Assembly: GCA_963823665.1 (NCBI GenBank)
Contig: CAWGMQ010000008.1
Coordinates: forward strand, 64,001 to 128,000
Origin: an uncultured Planctomycetota bacterium
GTDB taxonomy: Bacteria; Planctomycetota; Planctomycetia; Isosphaerales; Isosphaeraceae
DNA: 64,000 nt
Direction of reading: 5' to 3'
The translations under genes were made by a program, and so were the position numbers. Below the pieces are notes generated by a model. That model made no database searches. It was not told where the DNA came from and was given only the letters and a program-made list of their open reading frames with translations. Positions 9,052 through 19,993 of the stretch are shown here, one piece after another; positions within the stretch are counted from its first letter, which is position 1, and the number at the start of each line of letters is the position of its first letter.

Positions 9052-12000
9052 ATGAGCCGCACCGACTGTCCAAGCCAGGACACACTGGCCGATTTCGTTC
9101 TCGGTAAACTCCGGGTCGCCGATCTGGGGACGGTGGCCGAGCATCTCGAGTCGTGCACGGAATGCGAGCATAAGGTCGGACAGCTTGACGGGATGGCCGA
9201 TGACGTCGTCTCGGAGCTGAAGCGGATGTCTGGGCCAGTCCCGGGCGGCGCCGGCGACGACCCGACCGAGGCGGCCGGGCCTTCTGGCGTGGGCGAGATG
9301 CCCCGAGCGACCGAGCCGTGGGGCGAGTTCCGGATCGTCCGCGAGATCAGCCGCGGTGGCATGGGGATTGTTTGCGAGGCCTACCAGGGATCGCTTAACC
9401 GCCACGTCGCGCTGAAGTTCCTGCCGGAGCACGGCAACCTCTCAAGGTTCCGCCGCGAGGCCCAGGCCGCCGGGCGGCTGCACCACACCCACATCGTGCC
9501 GGTCTTCGGCGTGGGCGAGCACCAGGGGCGGCATTTCTACGTCATGCAGTACATCGCCGGCCGCGGGCTCGACGCCGTGTTCCAAGAGCGGGCCGCGGCC
9601 GCGAGCGAGAGCGGACGATCCGCGGGTCGCGCTGGTGCCCGCGAGGCGGCGCGGATCGGCGCACAGGTGGCCGCGGCCCTTGCTTATGCCCATGGCCAGG
9701 GGGTGATCCACCGCGACATCAAACCCTCGAACCTGCTCCTGGACGACCAGGGGACCGTGTGGATCACCGACTTCGGCCTGGCCAAGGTCGCCGACCAGCA
9801 TGACTTGACCGGTACCGGCGATTTCCTCGGCACCCTGCGCTACATGCCTCCGGAGGCGTTTGAGGGGAAGTACGACGCGCGCGGCGACGTCTACGCGCTG
9901 GGACTCACCCTGTACGAGCTTCTGGCCCTTCGCCCGGCGTACGACGAGGCGGACCGCGTCCGCCTGATCCGCATGATCACCTGCGAGAATCCGTCGCGGC
10001 TGCGGGACCTCGATCGCCAGATCCCGCGCGACCTGGAGACGGTGATCCACAAGGCGATCGAGCGCAATTCGGGGCATCGCTACCAGACGGCTGCCCTTCT
10101 GGCCGAGGACTTGCAGCGATTCATCGAGGACCGCCCGATCCGGGCCCGGCGGATCGGCGAGGCGGAGCGGATTACCCGCTGGTGCCGTCGCAACCCGGTG
10201 CCGGCGGGCCTGGTGGCGGCGCTCTTGCTGGTCTTCTGGGTGGGGTTCGCCGGGGTTGCCTGGAAGTGGCGCGAGGCCGTGGCCGAGCGCGAGGCACGGG
10301 AGGAGCAGGTGGTCAAGGCCAACTCTGCCGGCCTCGATGCCCGCGTCGCGCGTGACCTCGCCCTGGGAGCGGAGAAAAAGGCGCTCGACGCCGCCCGACG
10401 CGCCAAAGGGGCAGAGAAACAGGCGCTCGACGCCGCGGCAGTTGCGGGACGTCGGTTGTACTCCAGCCTGATCGACCGTGCCCGGCTCGAGCACGAGGCG
10501 GCCAATATCGAGGAGGCCGAGGCTATCCTGGATCGCTGCGAGCCCGCCGTGGCTGGGAGTGGCATTACCTCAAAAGCCTCGACCACGCGGAGGTCTTCAC
10601 CCTGCGCGGGCATGCCGGCTGGGTCGACTCAGTTGCCTGGAGCCCGGACGGGAGATGGATCGCCACGTCAGGCGGCGGCAATCCCTATTTCGGGAATCCA
10701 GGCAATCGCATCCGCCCCGGCACGGTGGTCCTCTGGGATGCGGCGAGCGGCCGGCCGGTGCACACGTTGACCGACTACGGGCACCTCGTGGGCCAGGTCG
10801 CTTTTACCTCGGACGGGCGGATGATCGCCACGCCGAGCCTCGACGGGGCACTCCGCCTCCACGATGTGATGACCGGCCGGCTGGTCCGTACGCTCAAAGG
10901 GGCCGCGGGGTCGGGCACCATGGTGATGTTGCCCGACGGCCGTCGGCTGGCTTCCGATGCCAACGACCGCTCGCTTGCCCTCTGGGACATCGCCACGGGG
11001 GAACGATCCACACTCCTCGGCGCGCAGCCGGAGAAGCTCCACTCGCCCCACGCATTCAGCTCCGACGGCCGGTGGTTGGCGACCATCGGCGGGGGTTTTC
11101 GAGTCCGGGACGCCGGCACCGGGACAGAGGCCGCCTGGCCGGACCACGCGATCCACTATTCGAGCCTGGCTATCAGCCCCGATTCCCGCGTGCTCGCCCT
11201 GGGGTCGATGCTCGGTCAAATCACGCTCTGGAACCTTTTCGATGGCCGGCTGCGACAGACTCTGGCCGGCCACCAGGGCTGGGTACGTGCGCTCGCTTTC
11301 AGCGCGGATGGCCGATCTCTCGCCTCGGCCGGCGACGACCGCACCGTGCGGATCTGGGACGTTGGGGGGGGATCTTTGGTCCGTGTGATTCGCGGCCATA
11401 CTGAGATTGTCACAGGACTGGCCTTCAGCCCGGCCGGCGACCGGATGGTCACGGGCTCGCAAGATGGGACGGCGCGGGTCTGGGACCTGAACGTCGATTA
11501 CAGGACCGGGTCCACCGGAACCGAACCGTTTCCGCAATTCGAGGCGATCGAGGCGATCGCCTACGCGCGGGGGGGCCGCGAGCTGCGGAGCTTCACGCGC
11601 ACCGGCCGTGTGTATCGGCATGCGCCGGGCTCGCTGGGCGGGCTGGGGCTCGTCTCGACCGGTCTCGATGTCGGTTGGCGCACGCCACTGGAACCGGCCG
11701 CCTTCGATGCCGTGGGCCGGCGGGTCGTCGCCGTCGATAAGCGGTTCCTCCGCGAGGCGGTTTGCCAGGATGTGGATGGAGGCGGCCGGCGGACGACCTT
11801 GCACGGCCATACGTTGGCGATCGCCTTTGCCACCCTCTCGGCCGACGGCACCCGCGCCGCCACCGCGGCGATGTCTGGGGCTGCCGAGAGGCGCACCGAG
11901 GTCTTCGTCTGGGACGCCGTATCCGGGCGCTTGCTCCATCGGCGCGAGGTCTCTGGCGAGGGAATCGATCGCGTCGCGCTGGATCCCACCGGCCGGCGGC

Positions 12001-13460
12001 TGGCCGTCTCCGGCTTCCGGATCACGACGGCGAGCGACGGGACCAAGACACCCCGAGATCCGTTCGTGGTGGTCTTCGACGTCGATACCGGCCACGAGCT
12101 TTTGCGACCTAAGGTCGGCGATGATCGATTTCCGGCGTTAGGCTTCAGCGGCGACGGCCGACGATTGGCCGCGGCGGGCATTGCGCGGACGGTCCTGATC
12201 TGGGACCTGGAGGCGGGGATGGCCGCGGTGGAGTCGCGACAGGGTCCGCCGGGCATCGCCCTGGATCTGGAGTTCAGTCCGGACGGGCGGCGGCTGGCGG
12301 TCGCCTCGCGCCAGCAGGTGAAGCTGATGGACACCGAGACGGCCGAGGAGTTGCTCACGCTCCGCAGCCGGGCCCAGCTCGTCTCCAACAACTACGGCTT
12401 CAATCCACGCGTCCGGTTCAGCCCCGACGGACGTGACCTGGCGGCGGCGTGCCACGACGTATCGGATGTGCTGGCCGTGTGGTCCAGTCTCCAGGACGCA
12501 CCCGCGAATTCCCCGGCGCGCGACCGCATGGCACGCCGACGCGCGGTTATCCGCCACCTCGCTTTCATCGGGCTCGATTTGAGGCGGCCGACGGACCGGC
12601 GTCTCGCGCTGGAACACCTCGAACAAGTGGAACGGATCGGCATGGAATCGGCCGACGAGTTCCTGGCGCGAGCCGCCAAGCTCATGGACCTGGATCTCTG
12701 GGAGCAGGCGGACGCCGACCTGGACCGGGCGATCGCGCTGGCGCCGAGGGACGACGAGGTCCTGATCACGGCAGCCCTCATCTGTACGGTTTGCGGCCGC
12801 TTCGACCGCGCCCGAAGCTGGTATGACCGGATGTCGGACCCAGCCGCTTCTCTGCCATCTGCCGAACTCGACTGGCGGTGCGCGGCTTTCGTGCTCGACG
12901 GCGATCTCGCCCGCTATCGCCGATTCTGTGCGGAGGCCGTGAGACGCCTCGAATTGGATCAGGTCGGCCGATGGAGTGCGGGCGCCCTGGCGTACGCCCT
13001 CACCCTGGGGCCCGACCCAGGCTTGGGTGCCGGCGAAAGGCTGCGGATCGCGGAGCGGGTCTATGATGGCACGTCGGGTGCCGATCACCCTAGGTTGCGG
13101 ATGTGGGCTTTGCTCGCACTCGGGGCCGCGCAGGTGCGGGCCGGAGCCCCCGAGCGCGCGGAGCCGCTCTTCCGTGACGCGATCGCCAAGCTGCCCGATG
13201 GGGCGTACGGGGCCACCGTCGCCGCCTGGATGGCCATCGCGACCTGGCAGCAGGGGCGTCGCGACGAGGCGAGGTCGTGGTCCGCCCGGGCCGATCGCTT
13301 CGTCAGCGAGCTACGGTTCCGCGGCCATTCCGGCCTCGAGTTTCGCGCGCCGCCGGGCGTGTGGCCGCCAAGTGACTGGTGGCGCCTGCTGATCGCCCGG
13401 CGCGAGGCCCATGCCTTGATCTTCGACGCCGACTTCCCCGCCCATCCCTTCGCCCGATGA
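9052..13460 (+). CDS. Ser/Thr protein kinase with N-terminal HxxxCxxC zinc finger, TM helix, WD40 propellers and TPR-like tail (frameshift near 10548)
   Basis: EHLESCTEC; HRDIKPSN, DFG, GTLRYMPPE; RGWEWHYL restored across the shift; many GH...WD repeats. Confidence 0.9.
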
Positions 13461-13602
13461 GGACCGGCGGCGGTTCCCGCCGGATCGGATCAGGACCGGG
13501 CGGTTTCCCCCAATCTCCGGCCGTTTCCGGCGAATGCCCTTGCGAGTCATTGCGCCTGCACCGGCCGAGAAAGGCAGAGTGGTGTTCAACCTGGTTGAGA
13601 AT

Positions 13603-14565
13603 ATGGAGAACACGGCCGAATCGACCCTAAAGCGATCGCGGGCGCTTTTCGCGCTCCGCGGACTGATCGCGGGGGTGCTGCTCGGCGGCGTGAGCGCGGG
13701 GCTGGAATACCTGCTCAAGGGCAGAAAGATCCATGATGTCGCGTTGCCCACCGACCTGATTTTATATCCCCTCGTGGGTCTAGGGATTTTCTGGTTCGGT
13801 TACGTAAATCCGCATATGTGGCACTGGGCGCGCCCGCGCGGCTTCTTTTCGGACGAGCCACTGCCTCCGGAACAGGCTGCGGCGCGCGGCGGCCGGACCC
13901 GGCGATCGGCGTGGCTCGGCTTCGGCTGGGGGATAACGATTGCGCTCCTGGCAACCGCCCTCGAGTTCGCCTGGGGCGGCTGGCCATTTCTGGCAGCAAC
14001 GTTCGTCGGCGGCCTGATTTTCTATCCTTATATGGGCATCTTGCTCGGTTACAACCTCAGCCTTCGGCCGGGTGACTCGAAGCCGTCGATCCGCAGCTTC
14101 CGGTTCCGGATGAGCACCTTGATGGTCCTCGTGGCGTACTTTGGGGTGCTCTGCGGTCTTGGAACCGTGGCATCACGATACAGCAGCTTGGCCCTGAAGT
14201 ATCGAGCAAGTGCTCTGAACGCACGCACAATGATCGACGTCTTTCAAACTCAGCTCGATCGAGCTCGTGTCGATTTGAAGCGCGCCGAAAGCGCGAAAGA
14301 GCTACGTGCCGGACGCATCCCAGACGGATTGCTCCCTTCGCAGATAGCGTTTCTGAAGGGGCTCGACGGCAGCGCAACCGAGGAATACAAGAAATACCGG
14401 TACGGGCTGATCGCCGACGGCGAGGATCTACAAGCCGGGCTCGCGACGCAAAACGTGGCGGAATTCACGCCTCGCATCGAGATCTACAAGATTGTTGCCG
14501 ACAAATACGAGAAAGCCGCGCAGAAACCCTGGGTACCTGTCGAGCCCGATCCGCCGATGCCGTGA
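13603..14565 (+). CDS. Hypothetical multi-pass membrane protein with planctomycete RFxxxTL-type motif
   Basis: Several hydrophobic helices; SFRFRMSTLMVLVAY. Confidence 0.7.
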   Translation: MENTAESTLKRSRALFALRGLIAGVLLGGVSAGLEYLLKGRKIHDVALPTDLILYPLVGLGIFWFGYVNPHMWHWARPRGFFSDEPLPPEQAAARGGRTRRSAWLGFGWGITIALLATALEFAWGGWPFLAATFVGGLIFYPYMGILLGYNLSLRPGDSKPSIRSFRFRMSTLMVLVAYFGVLCGLGTVASRYSSLALKYRASALNARTMIDVFQTQLDRARVDLKRAESAKELRAGRIPDGLLPSQIAFLKGLDGSATEEYKKYRYGLIADGEDLQAGLATQNVAEFTPRIEIYKIVADKYEKAAQKPWVPVEPDPPMP

Positions 14566-14714
14566 CGACGCGCCAAATCGAGCGGACTTTTCAAACCATA
14601 CGCCCCGTCGTATGATTGAGATCGAACGATCCTACCACTCGACCATACCCGCCTACGCATCGCGGCCGGACGCACGTCCGCCTGGGGTGCTTGACCGACT
14701 CGGGGGCCAAAGGC

Positions 14715-17700
14715 ATGGCGTGCTCCGTGCGAATTGCGCTGTTCTTGATGCTCGGGTGCTGGCAGTCAGCTCGCGCAAATTCGCCGAACGAGAAAGAGCC
14801 CGACCGGCCGGCGCCTCAGGTGAACTACGCACGCGACGTCCGGCCGATTCTCTCCGACAATTGCTTCGCGTGCCACGGCCCCGACAACCACAAACGCAAA
14901 GCCGGGCTGCGCTTCGACACGAAGGACGGTGCGTTCACCAAGCTCGAGAGCGGCAGCACCGCCATCGTGCCCGGCAAACTCGAGGAAAGCGAGCTCATCG
15001 ATCGGATCAACAATGAAGACCCCGATCTGCGCATGCCGCCGGCGAAGAGTGGCAAAAAACTGACTGCCGCGCAGGTTGCGGTCTTGCGGCGATGGGTGGA
15101 GCAGGGGGCGAAGACTTCGTCACACTGGGCGTTCGAGCCGGCGGTGAAACCCCCTGCGCCATCCGTCAAGAACGAGGGCTGGCCCAGGAACACGATCGAC
15201 CGTTTCATTCTGGCGCGGCTCGAAGCTGAGGGGCTCTCGCCCGCGCGTGAGGCCGCCAAGACGACGCTGATCCGCCGCGTCACGCTCGACCTGACCGGTC
15301 TTCCACCTACTCTCGAGCAGGTCGACGCCTTCCTCGCCGATCGATCGCCAGAGGCCTATGAAAAGGTCGTCGACGGCCTGCTCGAGTCGCCCCGCTACGG
15401 CGAACACATGGCGCGGTTCTGGCTCGACGCGGCCCGCTATGGCGACACGCACGGCCTGCACCTCGACAACTATCGGGAGATCTGGCCCTACCGCGAGTGG
15501 GTGATCAATGCCTTCAATACAAACAAGAAGTTCGACTCATTCATTCTCGAGCAGCTCGCCGGCGACCTCTTGCCCAATCCGACCCCCGATCAGTTGATCG
15601 CGACCGGCTTCAATCGCTGCCATGTCTCCACCAACGAAGGGGGCTCGATTGAAGAGGAAGTCTACGTCCGCAACGTGGTGGATCAGGTTGACACGAACGG
15701 CACCGTTTTTCTTGGACTGACAACCGGCTGCGCGCGATGCCACGACCACAAGTACGACCCCATCCGGACCAAGGACTACTACCAGCTCTTCGCGTTCTTC
15801 AACAATATCGACGGCCCGCCCATGGACGGGAACGGCGCGAAATGGGCGCCGATCGTTCGCGTGCCAACACGTAAGCAAGCCGACGAAACGCGAGCACTTG
15901 CCGCCGAGATCGCTCAACTGGAACAAGCCAAGCGCGAAATTATCACCAGAATGGTCGCCGACCCCGGCCAGATAAAAGACGACGGCGATGGCAAGGCCGT
16001 CGGTGCGAGAACCGAGTTCGTCTGGATCGATGACGCCCTGCCGGCCGGCGCCACACACCAGGGTGAGGGTGAATTCGTTGAAAAGCCGAAGAATCCGGTT
16101 TTCAGCGGCCGCGCGGCCTTGCGAATCACCGCCCGCGGCGTCAATCAGCGATTCTTCGACAGCTCGCCGCGCAAGCTTCGAGTCGGGGCAGGCGATACGC
16201 TTTTCGCATATGTTTACGTGGCCTCAAACCGCCCGGCCAAGGAGCTGATGCTTCAATGGCACACGAACGGCAACTGGACTCATCGCGCCTACTGGGGTGG
16301 AAACCAGGTTGATTTCGGCAAGGACGGCACTCCCGAGCGCACGCGGCTGGGCGACCTGCCCGCGCCTGGAAAATGGGTGCGTCTGGAGGTGCCGGTGGAA
16401 AAGCTCAAGCTCGCGCCTGGCACCGAAATCGACGGGTGGGCATTCACTCAGTTCGACGGCACGGTTTTCTGGGACAAGGCTGGAATCGAAACCACGACGC
16501 CACAAGACGGGCAGCTCTATAATTCGCTCTCGGCCTGGATAAATTCGGTGCGCAGCGGAGCAAGCGGGGGCGTGCCCGAGCCGATCAAGAAGATTGCCGC
16601 AATCGAGAAGCCGAAGCGAAGTGAATCTCAGTTGAAGGAGCTGATCGCGTATTTTATTGAACACGCGTACGCGAAGACGGCGAAGCTGCTGGAACCGATC
16701 GACGCCAAGGTCGCGCTAGTACAGCGGCGGCGCAAGGAGCTGGAGGAGCAGCTTCCGACCACGCTCGTGTTTCGTGAGAAGGGCGGTGAGCCCAAACCTG
16801 CGTTTCTGCTCAAGCGAGGCGAATATGACCAGCGTGGCGAGAAAGTCGAGCGCGGCGTGCCCGCGTTCCTGCCCCCGCTTCCCCCGGGCGCGCCGGTTAA
16901 TCGACTTGGACTCGCTCAGTGGCTGATCGCTCCCAACCACCCGCTGACGGCGCGCGTCGCCGTCAATCGACTCTGGCTTCAGGTCTTCGGCACGGGGTTC
17001 GTCAAGACGGCCGAAGACTTTGGCGCGCAGGGAGAGCCGCCCAGCCATCCGGAGCTGCTCGACTGGCTGGCGGTGACGTTTCGTGAAGAGGGTTGGAACG
17101 TCAAACGGCTGATGAAGCAGCTTGTGATGTCGGCGGCTTACCGGCAGTCTGCGCGTGTGACTCCGGAGAGTCTTGCCAAAGACCCTGCCAACCGGCTGCT
17201 GGCGCGCGGGCCGCGATTCCGGCTCGATGCAGAAATGCTTCGCGACCAGGCGCTTTTTGTGAGCGGCCTTCTGGTCGAGCGTCTAGGCGGAGCCAGTGTG
17301 AAGCCGCCCCAGCCGTCGGGCCTGTGGGAGGCCGTGGCTTACACCGACAGTAACACCGCTCATTTCAAGGCCGACTCCGGCCCGGATAAAGTGCACCGGC
17401 GCAGCCTGTACACGTTCTGGAAGCGGACGGCCGCACCGCCGCAGATGACGACGTTTGATGCTCCGTCGCGCGAGTCGTGCCAGGTGCGCCGCGAGCGGAC
17501 AAACACGCCGCTCCAGGCGCTCCTGCTCCTGAACGAGCCGCAGTTCGTCGAGGCCGCACGCAAACTGGCCGAGCGGACGCTGCGCGAGGGCGGCTCGACT
17601 TCCGAAGATCGTTTGACTTTCATACACCGCGTGGTCCTCGCGCGACCGCCAGAAGCCAAAGACCTTGCCGAATTGACGGCGGCACTCAACGACCTGACGA

Positions 17701-17852
17701 CGCATTTCACCCATGATCCCGGCGCAGCAAGGCAGTTGCTCGCAACGGGAGAAACGCGGCCCGACCCGCGAACCGACCCGTCCATCCTGGCGGCCTGGAC
17801 CATGGTCGCCAATGTGATCTTGAACCTGGACGAGGCGATCACCAAGGGGTGA
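14715..17852 (+). CDS. PSD1 / planctomycete cytochrome c protein (PSCyt1, DUF1549, DUF1553)
   Basis: [68 protein letters not shown]. Confidence 0.93.
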   Translation: MACSVRIALFLMLGCWQSARANSPNEKEPDRPAPQVNYARDVRPILSDNCFACHGPDNHKRKAGLRFDTKDGAFTKLESGSTAIVPGKLEESELIDRINNEDPDLRMPPAKSGKKLTAAQVAVLRRWVEQGAKTSSHWAFEPAVKPPAPSVKNEGWPRNTIDRFILARLEAEGLSPAREAAKTTLIRRVTLDLTGLPPTLEQVDAFLADRSPEAYEKVVDGLLESPRYGEHMARFWLDAARYGDTHGLHLDNYREIWPYREWVINAFNTNKKFDSFILEQLAGDLLPNPTPDQLIATGFNRCHVSTNEGGSIEEEVYVRNVVDQVDTNGTVFLGLTTGCARCHDHKYDPIRTKDYYQLFAFFNNIDGPPMDGNGAKWAPIVRVPTRKQADETRALAAEIAQLEQAKREIITRMVADPGQIKDDGDGKAVGARTEFVWIDDALPAGATHQGEGEFVEKPKNPVFSGRAALRITARGVNQRFFDSSPRKLRVGAGDTLFAYVYVASNRPAKELMLQWHTNGNWTHRAYWGGNQVDFGKDGTPERTRLGDLPAPGKWVRLEVPVEKLKLAPGTEIDGWAFTQFDGTVFWDKAGIETTTPQDGQLYNSLSAWINSVRSGASGGVPEPIKKIAAIEKPKRSESQLKELIAYFIEHAYAKTAKLLEPIDAKVALVQRRRKELEEQLPTTLVFREKGGEPKPAFLLKRGEYDQRGEKVERGVPAFLPPLPPGAPVNRLGLAQWLIAPNHPLTARVAVNRLWLQVFGTGFVKTAEDFGAQGEPPSHPELLDWLAVTFREEGWNVKRLMKQLVMSAAYRQSARVTPESLAKDPANRLLARGPRFRLDAEMLRDQALFVSGLLVERLGGASVKPPQPSGLWEAVAYTDSNTAHFKADSGPDKVHRRSLYTFWKRTAAPPQMTTFDAPSRESCQVRRERTNTPLQALLLLNEPQFVEAARKLAERTLREGGSTSEDRLTFIHRVVLARPPEAKDLAELTAALNDLTTHFTHDPGAARQLLATGETRPDPRTDPSILAAWTMVANVILNLDEAITKG

Positions 17853-17874
17853 GCAGATCAGGGGAGCACTCACG

Positions 17875-19348
17875 ATGAATCCGCTGCACGAAAAGATCGA
17901 CCTCTTGTCCCGCCGCCATTTCTTCGGGCGGACCGGACTGAGCCTGGGAACCGCGGCACTCTCGACTCTGCTAGGGCAAAATGCGCTTTGCGCCGCGGCC
18001 GGATGGCGCCTCGCCGGGCACAATGGGCGGTTTGCCGGGCCTGCCCCATTTCGCCCCTAAGGCAAAGCGGGCCATTTATCTTCACATGAACGGTGGTCCG
18101 TCGCAGATGGACCTTTTCGACTACAAGCCCAAGATGGGCACGATGTTCGACAAGGACCTTCCCGACTCGATTCGCATGGGCCAGCGGCTGACCACCATGA
18201 CCAGCGGCCAGGCGCGGTTTCCGATCGCGCCGTCGAAGTACAAGTTCGCGCAGCACGGCTCATCCGGCATCTGGATGAGCGAGCTCTTGCCCTGGACGGC
18301 CAAGCTGGCCGATCAGATCGCCCTGGTGAAAACGGTCTGGACCGAGGCGATCAATCACGACCCGGCCGTTACTTATATCTGCACGGGCCATCAGCTTCCG
18401 GGCCGGCCAAGCCTGGGCGCCTGGCTCTCGTACGGCCTGGGCACGATGAATCAGAACCTGCCGGCATTCGTGGTGATGACGGCTTCGTGGTCGAGCAAGG
18501 CGGCTGCCCAGGCGATCTACAACCGCCTCTGGGGCACGGGCTGCCTGCCGACCGAGCACCAGGGCGTCGCGCTTCGCTCGACCGGCGACCCGGTGCTCTT
18601 CCTGTCGAACCCGCCCGGCGTCGACGCGGCGACGCGAAAGCGCACGCTCGATGCAATCGTCCGGATGAACCAGCACGAGTTCGAGCAGATCGCCGATCCG
18701 GAAACGAGCGCGCGGATCGCTCAGTACGAGATGGCCTTCCGGATGCAAACCTCGGTTCCGGAGCTGACCGACATCTCGAGTGAGCCGAAGAGCGTTCTCG
18801 ACCTGTACGGGCCCGACGTGCAGATTCCAGGCAGTTACGCACGCTGCTGTCTGCTGGCTCGCCGTCTGGCCGAGCGTGACGTGCGGTTCGTGCAGATCTT
18901 CCACCGCGGCTGGGACCAGCACGGCAACCTGGCCGGCGACCTGCCGCTGCAATGCAAGGACGTGGACCAGGCGACCTACGCGCTCGTGACCGATCTGAAG
19001 CAGCGCGGGATGCTGGACGACACGCTGGTGATCTGGGGTGGAGAGTTCGGCCGCACCATCTACTGCCAGGGCAAACTCTCGCGCGAGAACTACGGCCGCG
19101 ACCACCATCCCAAGTGTTTTCCAGTCTGGATGGCGGGTGCCGGAATCAAGCCCGGCATTGTTCATGGCGAGACCGACGAGTTCAGCTACAATGTCGTCGC
19201 CGACCCGGTGCACATTCACGACATGAACGCAACGATTCTCCACTGCCTGGGGATCGACCACCGCCGCTTGAGCTTCAAGTTCCAGGGGCTCGACGTACGG
19301 TTGACGGGGGTCGAGGAGCATCATGTCGTCAAAGGGATCCTGGCGTGA
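17875..19348 (+). CDS. DUF1501 family Tat-exported protein (frameshift near 17990)
   Basis: SRRHFF twin-Arg leader; [47 protein letters not shown]. Confidence 0.92.
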
Positions 19349-19371
19349 GACCGTCCGATCGAGGAGCGCAA

Positions 19372-19400
19372 TTGAATCGCAACCCCCTCGGAACTATAAT
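19372..19400 (+). promoter_or_regulatory. Sigma70-type promoter
   Basis: TTGAAT-17 nt-TATAAT, 53 nt upstream of ATG 19454. Confidence 0.65.
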
Positions 19401-19453
19401 CCTTTTTTGCACAAAATTCGTGCGGCGAAGTTCACCGATTCGGGGTTGAAAAG

Positions 19454-19975
19454 ATGGCGAAGCAGCCCAAAAAGCCTAAAAAGTCCAAAAAGAAAACGCC
19501 CGATCTGCTTGCGAAAACGCTCGAAGTGCTCACGACGCTCGACCGTGACACCGCCAAGGCGATTCGGTTGCTTTGCCTCGGCAATCAGGTTCCGATCGAC
19601 AAGGTGGTCTTGAAAAGAAAGCAATTCGAGGTCGGCGGCAAGTCATACCACGCCAAGCTCAGTCAGGTTCAGTGGGAGCAAATCCTGGCCGTGGTCGGCG
19701 AGGGAAGTCTCGCGGTGCTGGTCAAGGTGCGAGAAATCCTTTCCGACCTGGCCGTACTGGTCAGCAGCAGCGAGACCGCGCTATTCGCCCTGATGAGTGG
19801 CGATTCAAAGTCAAAGGGGAAGAAGCCGTTGCGGGCCGCCATCGACAAACAGCAGATCGGTTGCTGCAGCTTCGCCGACGGGCCCAGTGAACCGCTCACC
19901 CAGGCGCAGTGTACGATGTGTGGCGGCACGGGGTGGAACCCGAATGACCCCGACTGCTCGCAAGGTCAACCGTAG
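19454..19975 (+). CDS. Hypothetical protein, Lys-rich N-terminus and Cys-rich C-terminus
   Basis: 173-aa ORF behind a consensus promoter; ends IGCCSFADG...QCTMCGGTGW...DC. Confidence 0.75.
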   Translation: MAKQPKKPKKSKKKTPDLLAKTLEVLTTLDRDTAKAIRLLCLGNQVPIDKVVLKRKQFEVGGKSYHAKLSQVQWEQILAVVGEGSLAVLVKVREILSDLAVLVSSSETALFALMSGDSKSKGKKPLRAAIDKQQIGCCSFADGPSEPLTQAQCTMCGGTGWNPNDPDCSQGQP

Positions 19976-19993
19976 CGCAGGGGCGGGCGACAC

